Shown: piece after piece, positions 55,975-64,000 of the stretch
Layout of the letters: the number at the start of each line of letters is the position of its first letter
Position numbering within the stretch: position 1 is the first letter of the stretch
Assembly (NCBI GenBank): GCA_018063245.1
Contig: JAGPBS010000001.1
Span: 8 to 64,007, forward strand
Direction of reading: 5' to 3'
DNA length: 64,000 nucleotides
Source: Alphaproteobacteria bacterium
GTDB taxonomy: Bacteria > Pseudomonadota > Alphaproteobacteria > JAGPBS01
Notes under the pieces: model-generated
The model's database searches: none
What the model was told of the DNA's origin: nothing
What the model saw: only the letters and a program-made list of their open reading frames with translations
Translations under genes and position numbers: made by a program

Positions 55975-56093
55975 CGTCATGGTGAGGAGCGACTTGTCGC
56001 GACGTGACCATCCAGAAATCTTTCAATAGATGCCGTTCGTTGATCCTTCAGGGCTGGATCCTCGCGGCCCGCCTTGCGGGCCTCAGGATGACG
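55975..56093 (+). repeat. divergent GC-rich palindromic element (type-B-related termini)
   Basis: CGTCATGGTGAGGAGCGACTTGTCGCGACGTGACC...GGATCCTCGCGGCCCGCCTTGCGGGCCTCAGGATGACG. Inverted termini plus internal GGCCCGC-CTT-GCGGGCC hairpin. Confidence 0.6.
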
Positions 56094-56124
56094 AGTTAGA
56101 GACATTGAGCTCCATTGGAGCCTT

Positions 56125-58701
56125 CTAAGCTGCTTTTGCTTTTTGTACCGTTAAAGACAGGCCGTCAGCATTGCCTGTGATCTCTACATTTTCATTTTGT
56201 GTGATCTTTCCTTCCAGAATCATGGAGGCGAGGGGATTTTGAATATGGTGTTGAATGATGCGTTTGAGGGGGCGAGCACCATAGACTTGATCGAATCCTT
56301 CATTGCCAAGCCATTCTTTTGCAGAAGAGGTGAGCGTGATTGTGATCCCATGCTGTGTGAGTAATTTTTGTAATTTGGCAATATTGATATCAACAATGAT
56401 ATCCATATCATCGCGGCTGAGGCGGTGGAACAGAAGGATTTCATCGAGCCTGTTTAAAAACTCAGGCCTAAAGTGCGCTTTGACAGCTTCCATGACTTTG
56501 TCTTTGACATCAGCAAGCGCTTCTGTGGGACTCATATATTCTGAACCAAGGTTTGATGTAAGGATGATGAGCGTATTTTTAAAATCAACCTTGCGTCCTT
56601 GTCCATCGGTTAGATGTCCTTCATCGAGAACTTGCAAGAGAACATTGAAAACATCCCGGTGCGCTTTTTCAATTTCATCAAACAGGATCACTTGATAAGG
56701 TCTTCTGCGGACAGCTTCAGTGAGAGCGCCGCCTTCTTCATAGCCTACATATCCGGGAGGGGCACCAATGAGCCTTGCAACCGAATGTTTTTCCATATAT
56801 TCAGACATATCAACACGTACCATGGCTGTTTCGTCATCAAACATAAATTCAGCCAAAGCTTTGGTGAGTTCTGTTTTCCCAACACCTGTGGGGCCTAAAA
56901 ACATGAATGATCCCATAGGTCTGTTTGGATCTTGAAGGCCGGCTCTTGCTCTGCGGATCGCATTTGAGACGGCTGTTACGGCTTCATCTTGGCCGACAAC
57001 ACGTCGGCGGAGATGGTCTTCCATGGTGAGCAGTTTTTCACGCTCGCCCGTGAGCATGCGCTGGACAGGAATGCCTGTCCAACGGCTCACAACAGTTGCA
57101 ATGTCATTTTCTGAGACTTCTTCTTTGAGCAATTCAAGGGAGGAGTGATCTTGTGCAGCTTTTAATTTACGTTCAAGTTCAGGGATGAGGCCATAGGCAA
57201 TTTCACCTGCTTTTGAGAGATTGCCTTGTCTTTGTGCAATCTCCAGTTCAGAGCGGCGCATATCAAGCTCTTCTTTGATTTTTTGAGCAGAACTCATCTG
57301 ATCTTTTTCAGCGCGCCATTTTTGAGTGAGCTCTTTTGATTTGGTATGAAGCTCTTGAAGCTCTGTTTCAAGGTGAGCAAGGCGTTTTTTTGCGCCTTCA
57401 TCTTTTTCCTTTTTCAGCGCCTCACTTTCCATGGTGAGCTGCATGATCCGACGATCAAGCTCATCAAGCTCAACAGGCTTGCTTTCAGCTTCCATCCTGA
57501 TTTTTGCAGCGGCCTCATCAATGAGATCGATCGCTTTATCAGGTAAAAATCGATCTGTAATATAGCGGTTTGAAAGCTGTGCTGCTGCGACAATTGCGCC
57601 ATCTGTAATCCGGATACCGTGATGCAGTTCATATTTTTCCTTCAGACCGCGCAGGATTGAAATTGTATCTTCAACGGTTGGTTCATCCACAAAAGTTGGC
57701 TGAAATCTGCGGGCAAGGGCTGCATCTTTTTCAATATATTTTCGATATTCATCAAGGGTTGTTGCGCCAACGCAATGGAGCTCTCCACGAGCCAAAGCGG
57801 GTTTGAGCATGTTTGAAGCATCCATTGCGCCATCGGCTTTTCCAGCGCCAATAAGTGTGTGGAGCTCGTCAATGAAAACAATGACTTGACCTTCTGCTTT
57901 GGTGATTTCTTGCAGAACGGCTTTGAGTCTTTCCTCAAACTCACCCCGGAATTTTGCACCAGCGACAAGAGCTCCTAAATCAAGGACGAGCAATTTTTTA
58001 TGTCTGAGACTTTCAGGAACATCGCCATTTATAATTCTTTGGGCAAGGCCTTCGATGATGGCTGTTTTCCCAACGCCAGGCTCACCAATAAGAACAGGGT
58101 TGTTTTTTGTGCGACGAGAGAGGATTTCAATTGTGCGCCTAATTTCTTCATCGCGTCCAATGACAGGGTCAAGCTTACCGTCTTGAGCTTTTGCGGTAAG
58201 GTCTTGTGTGTATTTTTCAAGAGCTTCAAAGGTTTGTTCAGCGTTTGGGTTGTTGATGTTTTGACCGCTTCTCATTTCTTTTAATACCTCTTTTGCTTTG
58301 GATTTTTGGCCAGATGCTCCTTCAACCAACTCACCGATTTCTGTGTGATAGAGAAGGGAGATGATGAGCACATCTGTGCCTAAAAATTGATCTTTGAGTT
58401 CTTGAGCATATTTCTCAGCCTCTGCGAAGGCCCGTGCGAGTTTGGGCTCGAAATAAACTTGACCTGCTCCAGATCCTTCCACTTTTGGGATCTTATCCAA
58501 TTCTGTTTTGAGAGATGATTTGAGTGAGGTTAGGTTTGTTCCAATCTTTTTGAGAAAGCGTGTTCCGTAGCTTGTTGGGTCTTCAAGAATCGCCAAAAAA
58601 ATATGCACAGCGCTGATTTGCTGATTTTTTTGTGTTAAAGCGAGGGATTGAGCCTTTTGCAAGATTGTTTGGACATCTTCTGTGATCTTATTGAAATCCA
58701 T
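56125..58701 (-). CDS. clpB: chaperone ClpB (AAA+ disaggregase)
   Basis: Two AAA+ modules ([18 protein letters not shown]), a coiled-coil middle domain, ~858 aa. Strong SD AAGGAAG precedes the ATG at 58701 ([11 protein letters not shown]). The ORF track extends to 58752. Confidence 0.95.
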   Translation of the reverse strand: MDFNKITEDVQTILQKAQSLALTQKNQQISAVHIFLAILEDPTSYGTRFLKKIGTNLTSLKSSLKTELDKIPKVEGSGAGQVYFEPKLARAFAEAEKYAQELKDQFLGTDVLIISLLYHTEIGELVEGASGQKSKAKEVLKEMRSGQNINNPNAEQTFEALEKYTQDLTAKAQDGKLDPVIGRDEEIRRTIEILSRRTKNNPVLIGEPGVGKTAIIEGLAQRIINGDVPESLRHKKLLVLDLGALVAGAKFRGEFEERLKAVLQEITKAEGQVIVFIDELHTLIGAGKADGAMDASNMLKPALARGELHCVGATTLDEYRKYIEKDAALARRFQPTFVDEPTVEDTISILRGLKEKYELHHGIRITDGAIVAAAQLSNRYITDRFLPDKAIDLIDEAAAKIRMEAESKPVELDELDRRIMQLTMESEALKKEKDEGAKKRLAHLETELQELHTKSKELTQKWRAEKDQMSSAQKIKEELDMRRSELEIAQRQGNLSKAGEIAYGLIPELERKLKAAQDHSSLELLKEEVSENDIATVVSRWTGIPVQRMLTGEREKLLTMEDHLRRRVVGQDEAVTAVSNAIRRARAGLQDPNRPMGSFMFLGPTGVGKTELTKALAEFMFDDETAMVRVDMSEYMEKHSVARLIGAPPGYVGYEEGGALTEAVRRRPYQVILFDEIEKAHRDVFNVLLQVLDEGHLTDGQGRKVDFKNTLIILTSNLGSEYMSPTEALADVKDKVMEAVKAHFRPEFLNRLDEILLFHRLSRDDMDIIVDINIAKLQKLLTQHGITITLTSSAKEWLGNEGFDQVYGARPLKRIIQHHIQNPLASMILEGKITQNENVEITGNADGLSLTVQKAKAA

Positions 58702-58783
58702 GTGAAACTTCCTTTCCAATTCTCTTACTATATTAATTGGAAATTGTTTCAAAAATTACAAGAGGGGGTGATATGTATTTTGT

Positions 58784-60658
58784 TTAACCTTGAGCCTGAT
58801 CTTTATAAAAGGCGATGAGTGTTTTTCTGATATCCGCTAGAGCGCCTTTATCGAGATGAGTCTCGCCCTTGTGCGGGGCATGAGCACCAATTGTATAGTT
58901 ACCTAAAGTCACACGATCGATACCACCACTTTTAGACATTTGACGACTTGTCGCTTCTTTTGTTGTTTTGAGATACTGAACAAAAGTTTGTAAGTTTTCT
59001 TTTGTCACTTTTCCTTTTGTCATAATCTCATTGTAGATTTTTTTGATCTGGTTTGGGGCTTTTTGTATATAGAATCTTTCAATTCTTGTTTCTTCCTCTT
59101 TGAGTTGTTTTGTAAGATCTTGAATGACGCGTTGTGTATCTTGTATCCGCGTTTTGATTTTAACAGTTGGTTCTTTTTTTACTTTTGGGATCGCTTGCGC
59201 AGCAGGTGTTTGTTTGGGTGGCTCAGGATTTTCTGCAACCGTTGGCACTTCTACAGTTTCAGCTTCAGCTTCAGGTTCTTGGGATTGTGGTTTTTTCTTT
59301 TGTGGCTTTGAAGGCATAGCGAGTTGATATGACTCAGCGATTTCTTCTTTGGTTGGTTGTCTGATTTTGTAGCGTCGTGAAATTTCTGAGAGAGATTTGC
59401 TGAGTTTGATCATTAAATCATGCAGCATCATAATATATTTGGGGTAATAATAGATGATTTCATTCTCAGAAAGCGTAAAGACGAGATCAAGCATGTCGAG
59501 CGTTGCGAGAGCTTTTTCAGGTGATAGTTCTTGCATTGCAAGTGTTTCAAAGACAGGGCGAAACATCTGTAAAGCAAATTTAAAACGATTGACTGTCTCA
59601 GGTTTGCGGATGTCTACTGGTCTTTTGAGATAAGGGGTGATGAGTTTTTCATAAATAATTTCAATTGTCATGAGTTTAACAGGAAGCATCTGTCGGCGAC
59701 TTGGATGATTTAGATATTGGACATATTCAAGCGCTTTTTCAATGTTCGAATAGGGCATTCCTGGTTGCGCTAAATAGGCTGCGAGCTGTGCGTAGCCTGC
59801 CATGACAAAGCCAATCGGTGTTTTGAAAGGAGTTTCTTGAAGCAAGTTTTCTTGTCTGACTTCTTTGAGCCAATTATTAAGAATCGTCATTGCTTTGTTA
59901 GCGTTTTTTTCGGTGCCTTGTCCAAAGAAATGGCAGATAGACAGAAAGAGTTTAACTTCTTTAAAGCCGCCATCTTCCTCGATTTCTGTGAAGTAATTAA
60001 AGGCTTTTTTGAAATCTGCTTCATTGCCTTCCAGCTCGGCACTTTCATAGTAGATGATGCCCAAATCTAAAAGTCCAATGGTACGAACTGGTTTCTGAGG
60101 GTTTTCATGAGCAAGGTTTAACATAAAGATGGCTTTATCTAGATCCGCTTCTGAACGCCCTGATTTGGTATAATAATATTGGCCAACAGCAAGTTGAGCG
60201 CGCCAGAATTTTTTTGTAGCACTGATTTCTAAAAAGGAAAGACCTTCTTGAATCGATCCTTGGTCCATCAGCTGTGTTCCATATTCGTAACAAGCGGTCA
60301 CATCTTGATGCTCAGTTGCCATTCTTTTAATAAGCTCTGCTTCAAATGCATCTGGGTCCTCTGTCACAAAGGGGGCAAGAGTTCGCATTGTTGCAAGATT
60401 CGGAGAATTGAGATGCGCAATGCGCGATAGGTAAAACTCTTTTCTCTTTACGTTTTTGAGACAAAAAGTATAGGCAATGTCTCTTTCAAGAAGCGGAATA
60501 TTTTCGACCGTGAAGGTTTGAGGATTTTGAAAACGGGTGAGAATGTCTGTGAGTAATATTTTGATGGCCGGGGTGTCATAGGTTTGAATCCATGCGTGTG
60601 CATCATAGATAAGTGTTGTGATCTCTGGTGTTAAATGTTTTTCAAATGCGCTCATCAA
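58784..60658 (-). CDS. large hypothetical protein with Sel1-like repeats, a Pro/Glu-rich linker and a C-terminal coiled coil; putative effector
   Basis: AQLAVGQYYYTKSGRSEADLDKAIFMLNLA is Sel1-like. A PQKKKPQSQEPEAEAETVEVPTVAENPEPPKQTP segment follows. Directly upstream of clpB. Confidence 0.55.
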   Translation of the reverse strand: MMSAFEKHLTPEITTLIYDAHAWIQTYDTPAIKILLTDILTRFQNPQTFTVENIPLLERDIAYTFCLKNVKRKEFYLSRIAHLNSPNLATMRTLAPFVTEDPDAFEAELIKRMATEHQDVTACYEYGTQLMDQGSIQEGLSFLEISATKKFWRAQLAVGQYYYTKSGRSEADLDKAIFMLNLAHENPQKPVRTIGLLDLGIIYYESAELEGNEADFKKAFNYFTEIEEDGGFKEVKLFLSICHFFGQGTEKNANKAMTILNNWLKEVRQENLLQETPFKTPIGFVMAGYAQLAAYLAQPGMPYSNIEKALEYVQYLNHPSRRQMLPVKLMTIEIIYEKLITPYLKRPVDIRKPETVNRFKFALQMFRPVFETLAMQELSPEKALATLDMLDLVFTLSENEIIYYYPKYIMMLHDLMIKLSKSLSEISRRYKIRQPTKEEIAESYQLAMPSKPQKKKPQSQEPEAEAETVEVPTVAENPEPPKQTPAAQAIPKVKKEPTVKIKTRIQDTQRVIQDLTKQLKEEETRIERFYIQKAPNQIKKIYNEIMTKGKVTKENLQTFVQYLKTTKEATSRQMSKSGGIDRVTLGNYTIGAHAPHKGETHLDKGALADIRKTLIAFYKDQAQG

Positions 60659-60933
60659 AATCTCCTTAAAATAATAGGCTCACTCTAACGGAACTGAGGA
60701 TAAATTTCAAGTATAATATTGTTAATTTTAAAAACTGTAATTTTTTTGTTGATTTTTTATTTAATGTATGGTAATTCTATAAATAATAACGCAAATGAAT
60801 AATCAGTATTGAAAGTTATTTTGAGTTATATCAACGTAAGATTTTTATTTTTAGAGATCTGACTGGAAACCAAACTGAAGAGTGAGAAGCTGGAATTTAA
60901 CATTCTTCAATAAGTTTAAAACTGGAGACTAAA

Positions 60934-61437
60934 ATGGTACATCTACCTGCTGGAACAGGGGATGAGAGCCCCACAACAAAAGCACTGAGCGTCAAACTCA
61001 GTGCTTCTCTCACAAAAAAACCACCGCTTCCTTCTCGATCACATAAAGTGAATCGGGCTTTTGCAAATCCTTCGGGATCTGTATTGCTTGACACACAGCT
61101 TCAATATAGGCCTTTTCCTTTGAGTGAGGCCTATGCCTATATGAATGATACAGGCGTTGTGAAATGTTATAAAACAGATCGACTCATTGCCTTTGAAAAT
61201 GTTGTTTTAAGACAATTGCCGCAGAAAAAATGCCTTTACGATGGCCCTGTGCATTTAAAAATGATGGTTGAAAGCGATCGAGGATTTGAGACTTTTCCGC
61301 TGCAGAATTTCCTAGGCTTGCTTGAAGAGTCTGTCTTATGGGGTGTTCATCAGATTCAATCATTTTCGGTGACTTTTACACCCAGTAAAGAAGGAGATCT
61401 TCGCATCCTCAGATTGACAATCAGTAAATCAATCTAA
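60934..61437 (+). CDS. hypothetical protein (167 aa)
   Basis: RBS GGAGA precedes the ATG. Low-complexity N-terminus followed by a ~100-aa globular region. No family recognised. Confidence 0.45.
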   Translation: MVHLPAGTGDESPTTKALSVKLSASLTKKPPLPSRSHKVNRAFANPSGSVLLDTQLQYRPFPLSEAYAYMNDTGVVKCYKTDRLIAFENVVLRQLPQKKCLYDGPVHLKMMVESDRGFETFPLQNFLGLLEESVLWGVHQIQSFSVTFTPSKEGDLRILRLTISKSI

Positions 61438-61449
61438 ACGGAGGGGCGA

Positions 61450-61875
61450 ATGTTAAATCAAGATGAGAGGCCAGTCACCTGGGCTCATGAAGAGGCTGCA
61501 CAGCCAAAGTTAGATACCTTTATTGATCGCTTTCTAGAAAAGGGATTGATTACAAGAAGGCAAGCGCATTTAGCACTGGCATGGCGCGAAGATTTTATGA
61601 TGGCGGGGCTCTTGAGATTGGGCTCAAGTTGTCGTCATTTAGCCCGCATTGATAGAACAATGTTCGGTTATGATCAAGATCATTGGAAAAGGCGTAAGGC
61701 CTATCAGCGATGGCAAAAGCAATTTATGAGTTTTAAGCGCCGGCAAGATCGATCAGATTTAGTTGATCTCTGTTGTTTGGACTTGATCCCAGAGACATTT
61801 CACCGGATGTATGCAATCAAGAACCGGTTGCATTATTTATTTAGCCTCTTTGAAGACGAGCATTTTAAGAGCTAA
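61450..61875 (+). CDS. hypothetical basic protein (141 aa)
   Basis: RBS GGAGGGG precedes the ATG. R/K/W-rich. Its 3' end overlaps the convergent gtrA-like gene by 39 bp. Confidence 0.45.
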   Translation: MLNQDERPVTWAHEEAAQPKLDTFIDRFLEKGLITRRQAHLALAWREDFMMAGLLRLGSSCRHLARIDRTMFGYDQDHWKRRKAYQRWQKQFMSFKRRQDRSDLVDLCCLDLIPETFHRMYAIKNRLHYLFSLFEDEHFKS

Positions 61876-62280
61876 GTAATTGAGAATTGTCACAACACCC
61901 ATGGTGAGAACCCAAGAAATGGTAGGCGTAAGCTCTGCATCTTGAATCAGATAGTGAATGGATGTCGAGCTTATGACCATGAAAAAGATCTGGCTCAGGA
62001 CAAAAAACACAAATTGGTACCTGTGTTTTTTCTGTACTTTGAAGGACCATTTACGGTTCCAATGATAGCTCCAGAGCATGGCAAGAGCATAGCTTAATCC
62101 TTGTGAGATAAAAGGAGCATAAGTTAAAGAATAGGGCGCTGTAAAGTGATAGGTCACAATAAAGATGATATAGGCAAGTAAAGTGTTACTTGCGCCAATC
62201 AAGATAAAGCGCGAAAAAGTTTTGGGACAAAAAAAGGAATATTCCTTTTTAAGAATTCTGTTGATGGGATCAAGGGTCAT
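61837..62280 (-). CDS. GtrA-family small membrane protein
   Basis: 147 aa with 4 TM helices. The N-terminal FFCPKTFSRFILIGASNTLLAYIIF fits the GtrA-like pattern. Confidence 0.6.
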   Translation of the reverse strand: MTLDPINRILKKEYSFFCPKTFSRFILIGASNTLLAYIIFIVTYHFTAPYSLTYAPFISQGLSYALAMLWSYHWNRKWSFKVQKKHRYQFVFFVLSQIFFMVISSTSIHYLIQDAELTPTISWVLTMGVVTILNYLALKMLVFKEAK

Positions 62281-62288
62281 GAGATCTA

Positions 62289-63029
62289 TTATACAAAATT
62301 ATTCTTGGCTTGTCGAATTTTTTGAAATTCTTGAATGGATTCTGCTTTTAAAAAAGGATTGGTCAAGAGCTCTTCTGCCAAGGTAAAGGGGATGCTTGGC
62401 TGATGTTTTTCTCTCAGATTTGTCACTTTTTTCATTCGGTCTTGGACAGCGATGTCAGCTGGATCAAGATGGAGAACAAATCGTCCATTGGCAAGAGTAT
62501 ATTCATGACCGCAGTAGATTTGCGTGTCATGGGGCAGGTTTTTGATTTTTTGAAGCGATTCAAACATTTGCTCATAAGTGCCTTCAAAGAGCCGCCCGCA
62601 GCCCATGCCAAAGAGAGTATCACCTGAAAAGAGAATGTGGCGGAGAGGCTCATAGAAAAGGATATGCCCAAGCGTATGGCCTGGTGTTTCAATGACCGTG
62701 AAATTTGCATCGCCAAAGGCAAGCTGATCGCCCTCTTTGACAGGATGGGTGATTTGAGGAATTTGTGCCTGATTGAGCGCAGGACCAAAGATTTGTGGGC
62801 GATAGAGCCTCGCGAGTTTTTCAACGCCGCCAATATGATCAGAGTGATGGTGCGTTAAAAAAATATGCGTCAGGGTGAGGTGATGTTTTGTGAGATACTC
62901 ATTCGCTGTATCAAAATCACCAGGATCCACAAGAGCTGTGAGGGTATGGGACTTGTTGTGTAAGAGGTAGATATAATTATCCTCAAAGGCTGGAATCAAG
63001 GTAATGGTGAAAGAGGGCGCGTTTGTCAT
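62289..63029 (-). CDS. gloB: hydroxyacylglutathione hydrolase (glyoxalase II)
   Basis: Metallo-beta-lactamase motif LTHHHSDHIGG plus the GloB-type C-terminus (GHEYTLAN). Confidence 0.85.
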   Translation of the reverse strand: MTNAPSFTITLIPAFEDNYIYLLHNKSHTLTALVDPGDFDTANEYLTKHHLTLTHIFLTHHHSDHIGGVEKLARLYRPQIFGPALNQAQIPQITHPVKEGDQLAFGDANFTVIETPGHTLGHILFYEPLRHILFSGDTLFGMGCGRLFEGTYEQMFESLQKIKNLPHDTQIYCGHEYTLANGRFVLHLDPADIAVQDRMKKVTNLREKHQPSIPFTLAEELLTNPFLKAESIQEFQKIRQAKNNFV

Positions 63030-63071
63030 GAGGACGGTCTCGTGGGTTAATGTGAGTTGCTATAAATTAAC

Positions 63072-63194
63072 CGTCATTCAGAGCCACCCCATAAGGGGTG
63101 GCGTGGAATCTCAGTTAACAATCAATTGAGTGCAATCCCTTTTTAGAGAATGCAGAGACTCCACGGGCTCCTGTAGGAGCCCTCTGAGTGACGG
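63072..63194 (-). repeat. type-A palindromic element, copy A6 (inverted orientation)
   Basis: CCGTCATTCAGAGCCACCCCATAAGGGGTGGCGTGGAATCTC...GAGACTCCACGGGCTCCTGTAGGAGCCCTCTGAGTGACGG. The reverse complement of its interior closely matches A2. Confidence 0.8.
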
Positions 63195-63243
63195 TTGAGG
63201 TTTCTTTCTCTCGATGCTATCCCTCTTTGCTTTTCATGACAAG

Positions 63244-63271
63244 AAAAAAGCCCTCAGGAGAGGGCTTTTTT
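63244..63271. terminator. bidirectional rho-independent terminator (A6-GCCCTC-AGGA-GAGGGC-T6)
   Basis: Read directly. It lies 3' of the minus-strand PEP-CTERM gene (stop 63286-63288). Confidence 0.7.
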
Positions 63272-63285
63272 GATCAAGGGTGATC

Positions 63286-63771
63286 TTATTTCTTACGAGA
63301 TGAGGCAAAGCGAAGGGCGCCTAATCCCATTAAAGATGCAAAGAGCAATGAGAGCATCTCCGGTTCAGGTGTTGGTGTTGTGTAGGTAAACTGAACCACA
63401 AGGCCAAGAGTGCTTGTTGCGGGCGTACCTGATGTTGTGAAGGCCGTAGACGTTTGATCTGTATTGGATAAAGTAGCATCAAAAGCATTGTTCCAGAACC
63501 CAGCGCCAAATGTTGATTGTATGTCAAAAAGCAGGTTCCCTTGTGTTGGATCATAAAGGAAGGGGGTTGCAAAGGTGAAGACATAGTCAAAATCATAAGT
63601 GATGCCATTTGTTCTGACTGATGTGCTTGGTTGAGAAAGGCTAGATGGGCTACTGATAACAACCGTTGCATCGCTGCCGAGATTTGATGTCAAAGAGGTT
63701 GAGAGACCATCAACAGCTGCAGATGGTGTTGACATAGTAACCTGTAGGCTGTTTAGGATTATTGGCGACAC
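63286..63771 (-). CDS. Ser/Thr-rich PEP-CTERM sorting-signal protein (N-terminus unresolved)
   Basis: C-terminus TPTPEPEMLSLLFASLMGLGALRFASSRKK: PEP, then a TM helix, then a basic tail. The reading frame stays open upstream to a stop at 63979-63981 with no start codon and no signal peptide, so the 5' end may be frameshifted or truncated. Confidence 0.55.
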   Translation of the reverse strand: MSPIILNSLQVTMSTPSAAVDGLSTSLTSNLGSDATVVISSPSSLSQPSTSVRTNGITYDFDYVFTFATPFLYDPTQGNLLFDIQSTFGAGFWNNAFDATLSNTDQTSTAFTTSGTPATSTLGLVVQFTYTTPTPEPEMLSLLFASLMGLGALRFASSRKK

Positions 63772-64000
63772 TGGACTGTTCAGTGTATAACCCTCATTAA
63801 GGCGAAAAGCAAAAGAACTGATGAGAATAGGACTCGTTCCAAAAAGACTTGATCCAAAGACTTGTTGGTATTCTAGAGTTGGTGTAACGCTGAACCCAAT
63901 AGGTCTTGTGGAGGCAGAGTTTCCATTTGTATTTGTTAGAAGAGGATCAGGTGTGACTAGGTAGTGTCGACATTCACTTTAGCCACAAATAAATAGCAGA

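Noticed and set aside
58702-58783. Possible sigma-32 heat-shock promoter upstream of clpB
   Set aside because: A CTTG…TTGAAA stretch is present, but no spacing gives a convincing -10 (CCCCATNT or CYTATNT), so the call is too weak.
5534-63194. Dispersed repeats as a possible CRISPR array
   Set aside because: The copies are tens of kb apart and not regularly spaced with unique spacers. They carry terminal inverted repeats and internal hairpins typical of MITE/REP-like elements. No cas genes were seen.
1-64000. tRNA, rRNA or tmRNA genes in intergenic regions
   Set aside because: I inspected all intergenic segments longer than 80 bp and saw no cloverleaf-compatible sequences (no GTTCGAATC-type T-arm or acceptor pairing). 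All were AT-rich spacer or palindromic elements.

Overview
This 64-kb window reads as a dense, mostly syntenic chromosomal segment from a low-GC alphaproteobacterium. Likely alphaproteobacterial gene arrangements include ubiG divergent from lysC, a DUF721/DciA-like gene divergent from mutY, ruvA-ruvB-ybgC-tolQ-tolR-tolA-tolB, petA-petB-petC, lplT-aas, nrdA-nrdB, glyA-nrdR, and mucR. It also encodes many eukaryote-like proteins: an F-box-like LRR protein, a ribonuclease-inhibitor-type LRR protein and two Sel1-repeat proteins. A secreted lipolytic operon (autotransporter GDSL lipase plus alpha/beta esterase) and a PEP-CTERM protein are also present. By inference only, this profile fits a protist-associated intracellular symbiont of a Holosporales/Rickettsiales-like lineage. 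I found no rRNA or tRNA genes, CRISPR arrays, integrases or transposases. The most striking sequence-level signal is two related families of highly structured palindromic elements with terminal inverted repeats that begin CGTCA. There are six type-A copies, one collapsed mini-copy, three type-B copies and one divergent GC-rich copy, almost all at gene 3' ends or in convergent intergenic regions. One copy sits inside a ~370-bp insertion that split the corA terminator hairpin and duplicated 19 bp. Other loci worth a second look include a possible effector islet (large hypothetical protein, TagF-like transferase, GNAT, F-box/LRR). A four-gene operon joins a nucleotidyltransferase+HEPN fusion and a possible cysteine-hydrolase-like protein of unknown family to an OmpR/EnvZ-like two-component system. 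Tandem NrdR boxes lie upstream of nrdAB with nrdR in the same window. There is also a HemAT-like globin-coupled MCP, and a lipoprotein with a long E/R/Q-rich predicted single alpha-helix. Several start codons are ambiguous because the ORF track translates GTG/TTG as M; where a Shine-Dalgarno plus ATG was visible I give the refined coordinate.
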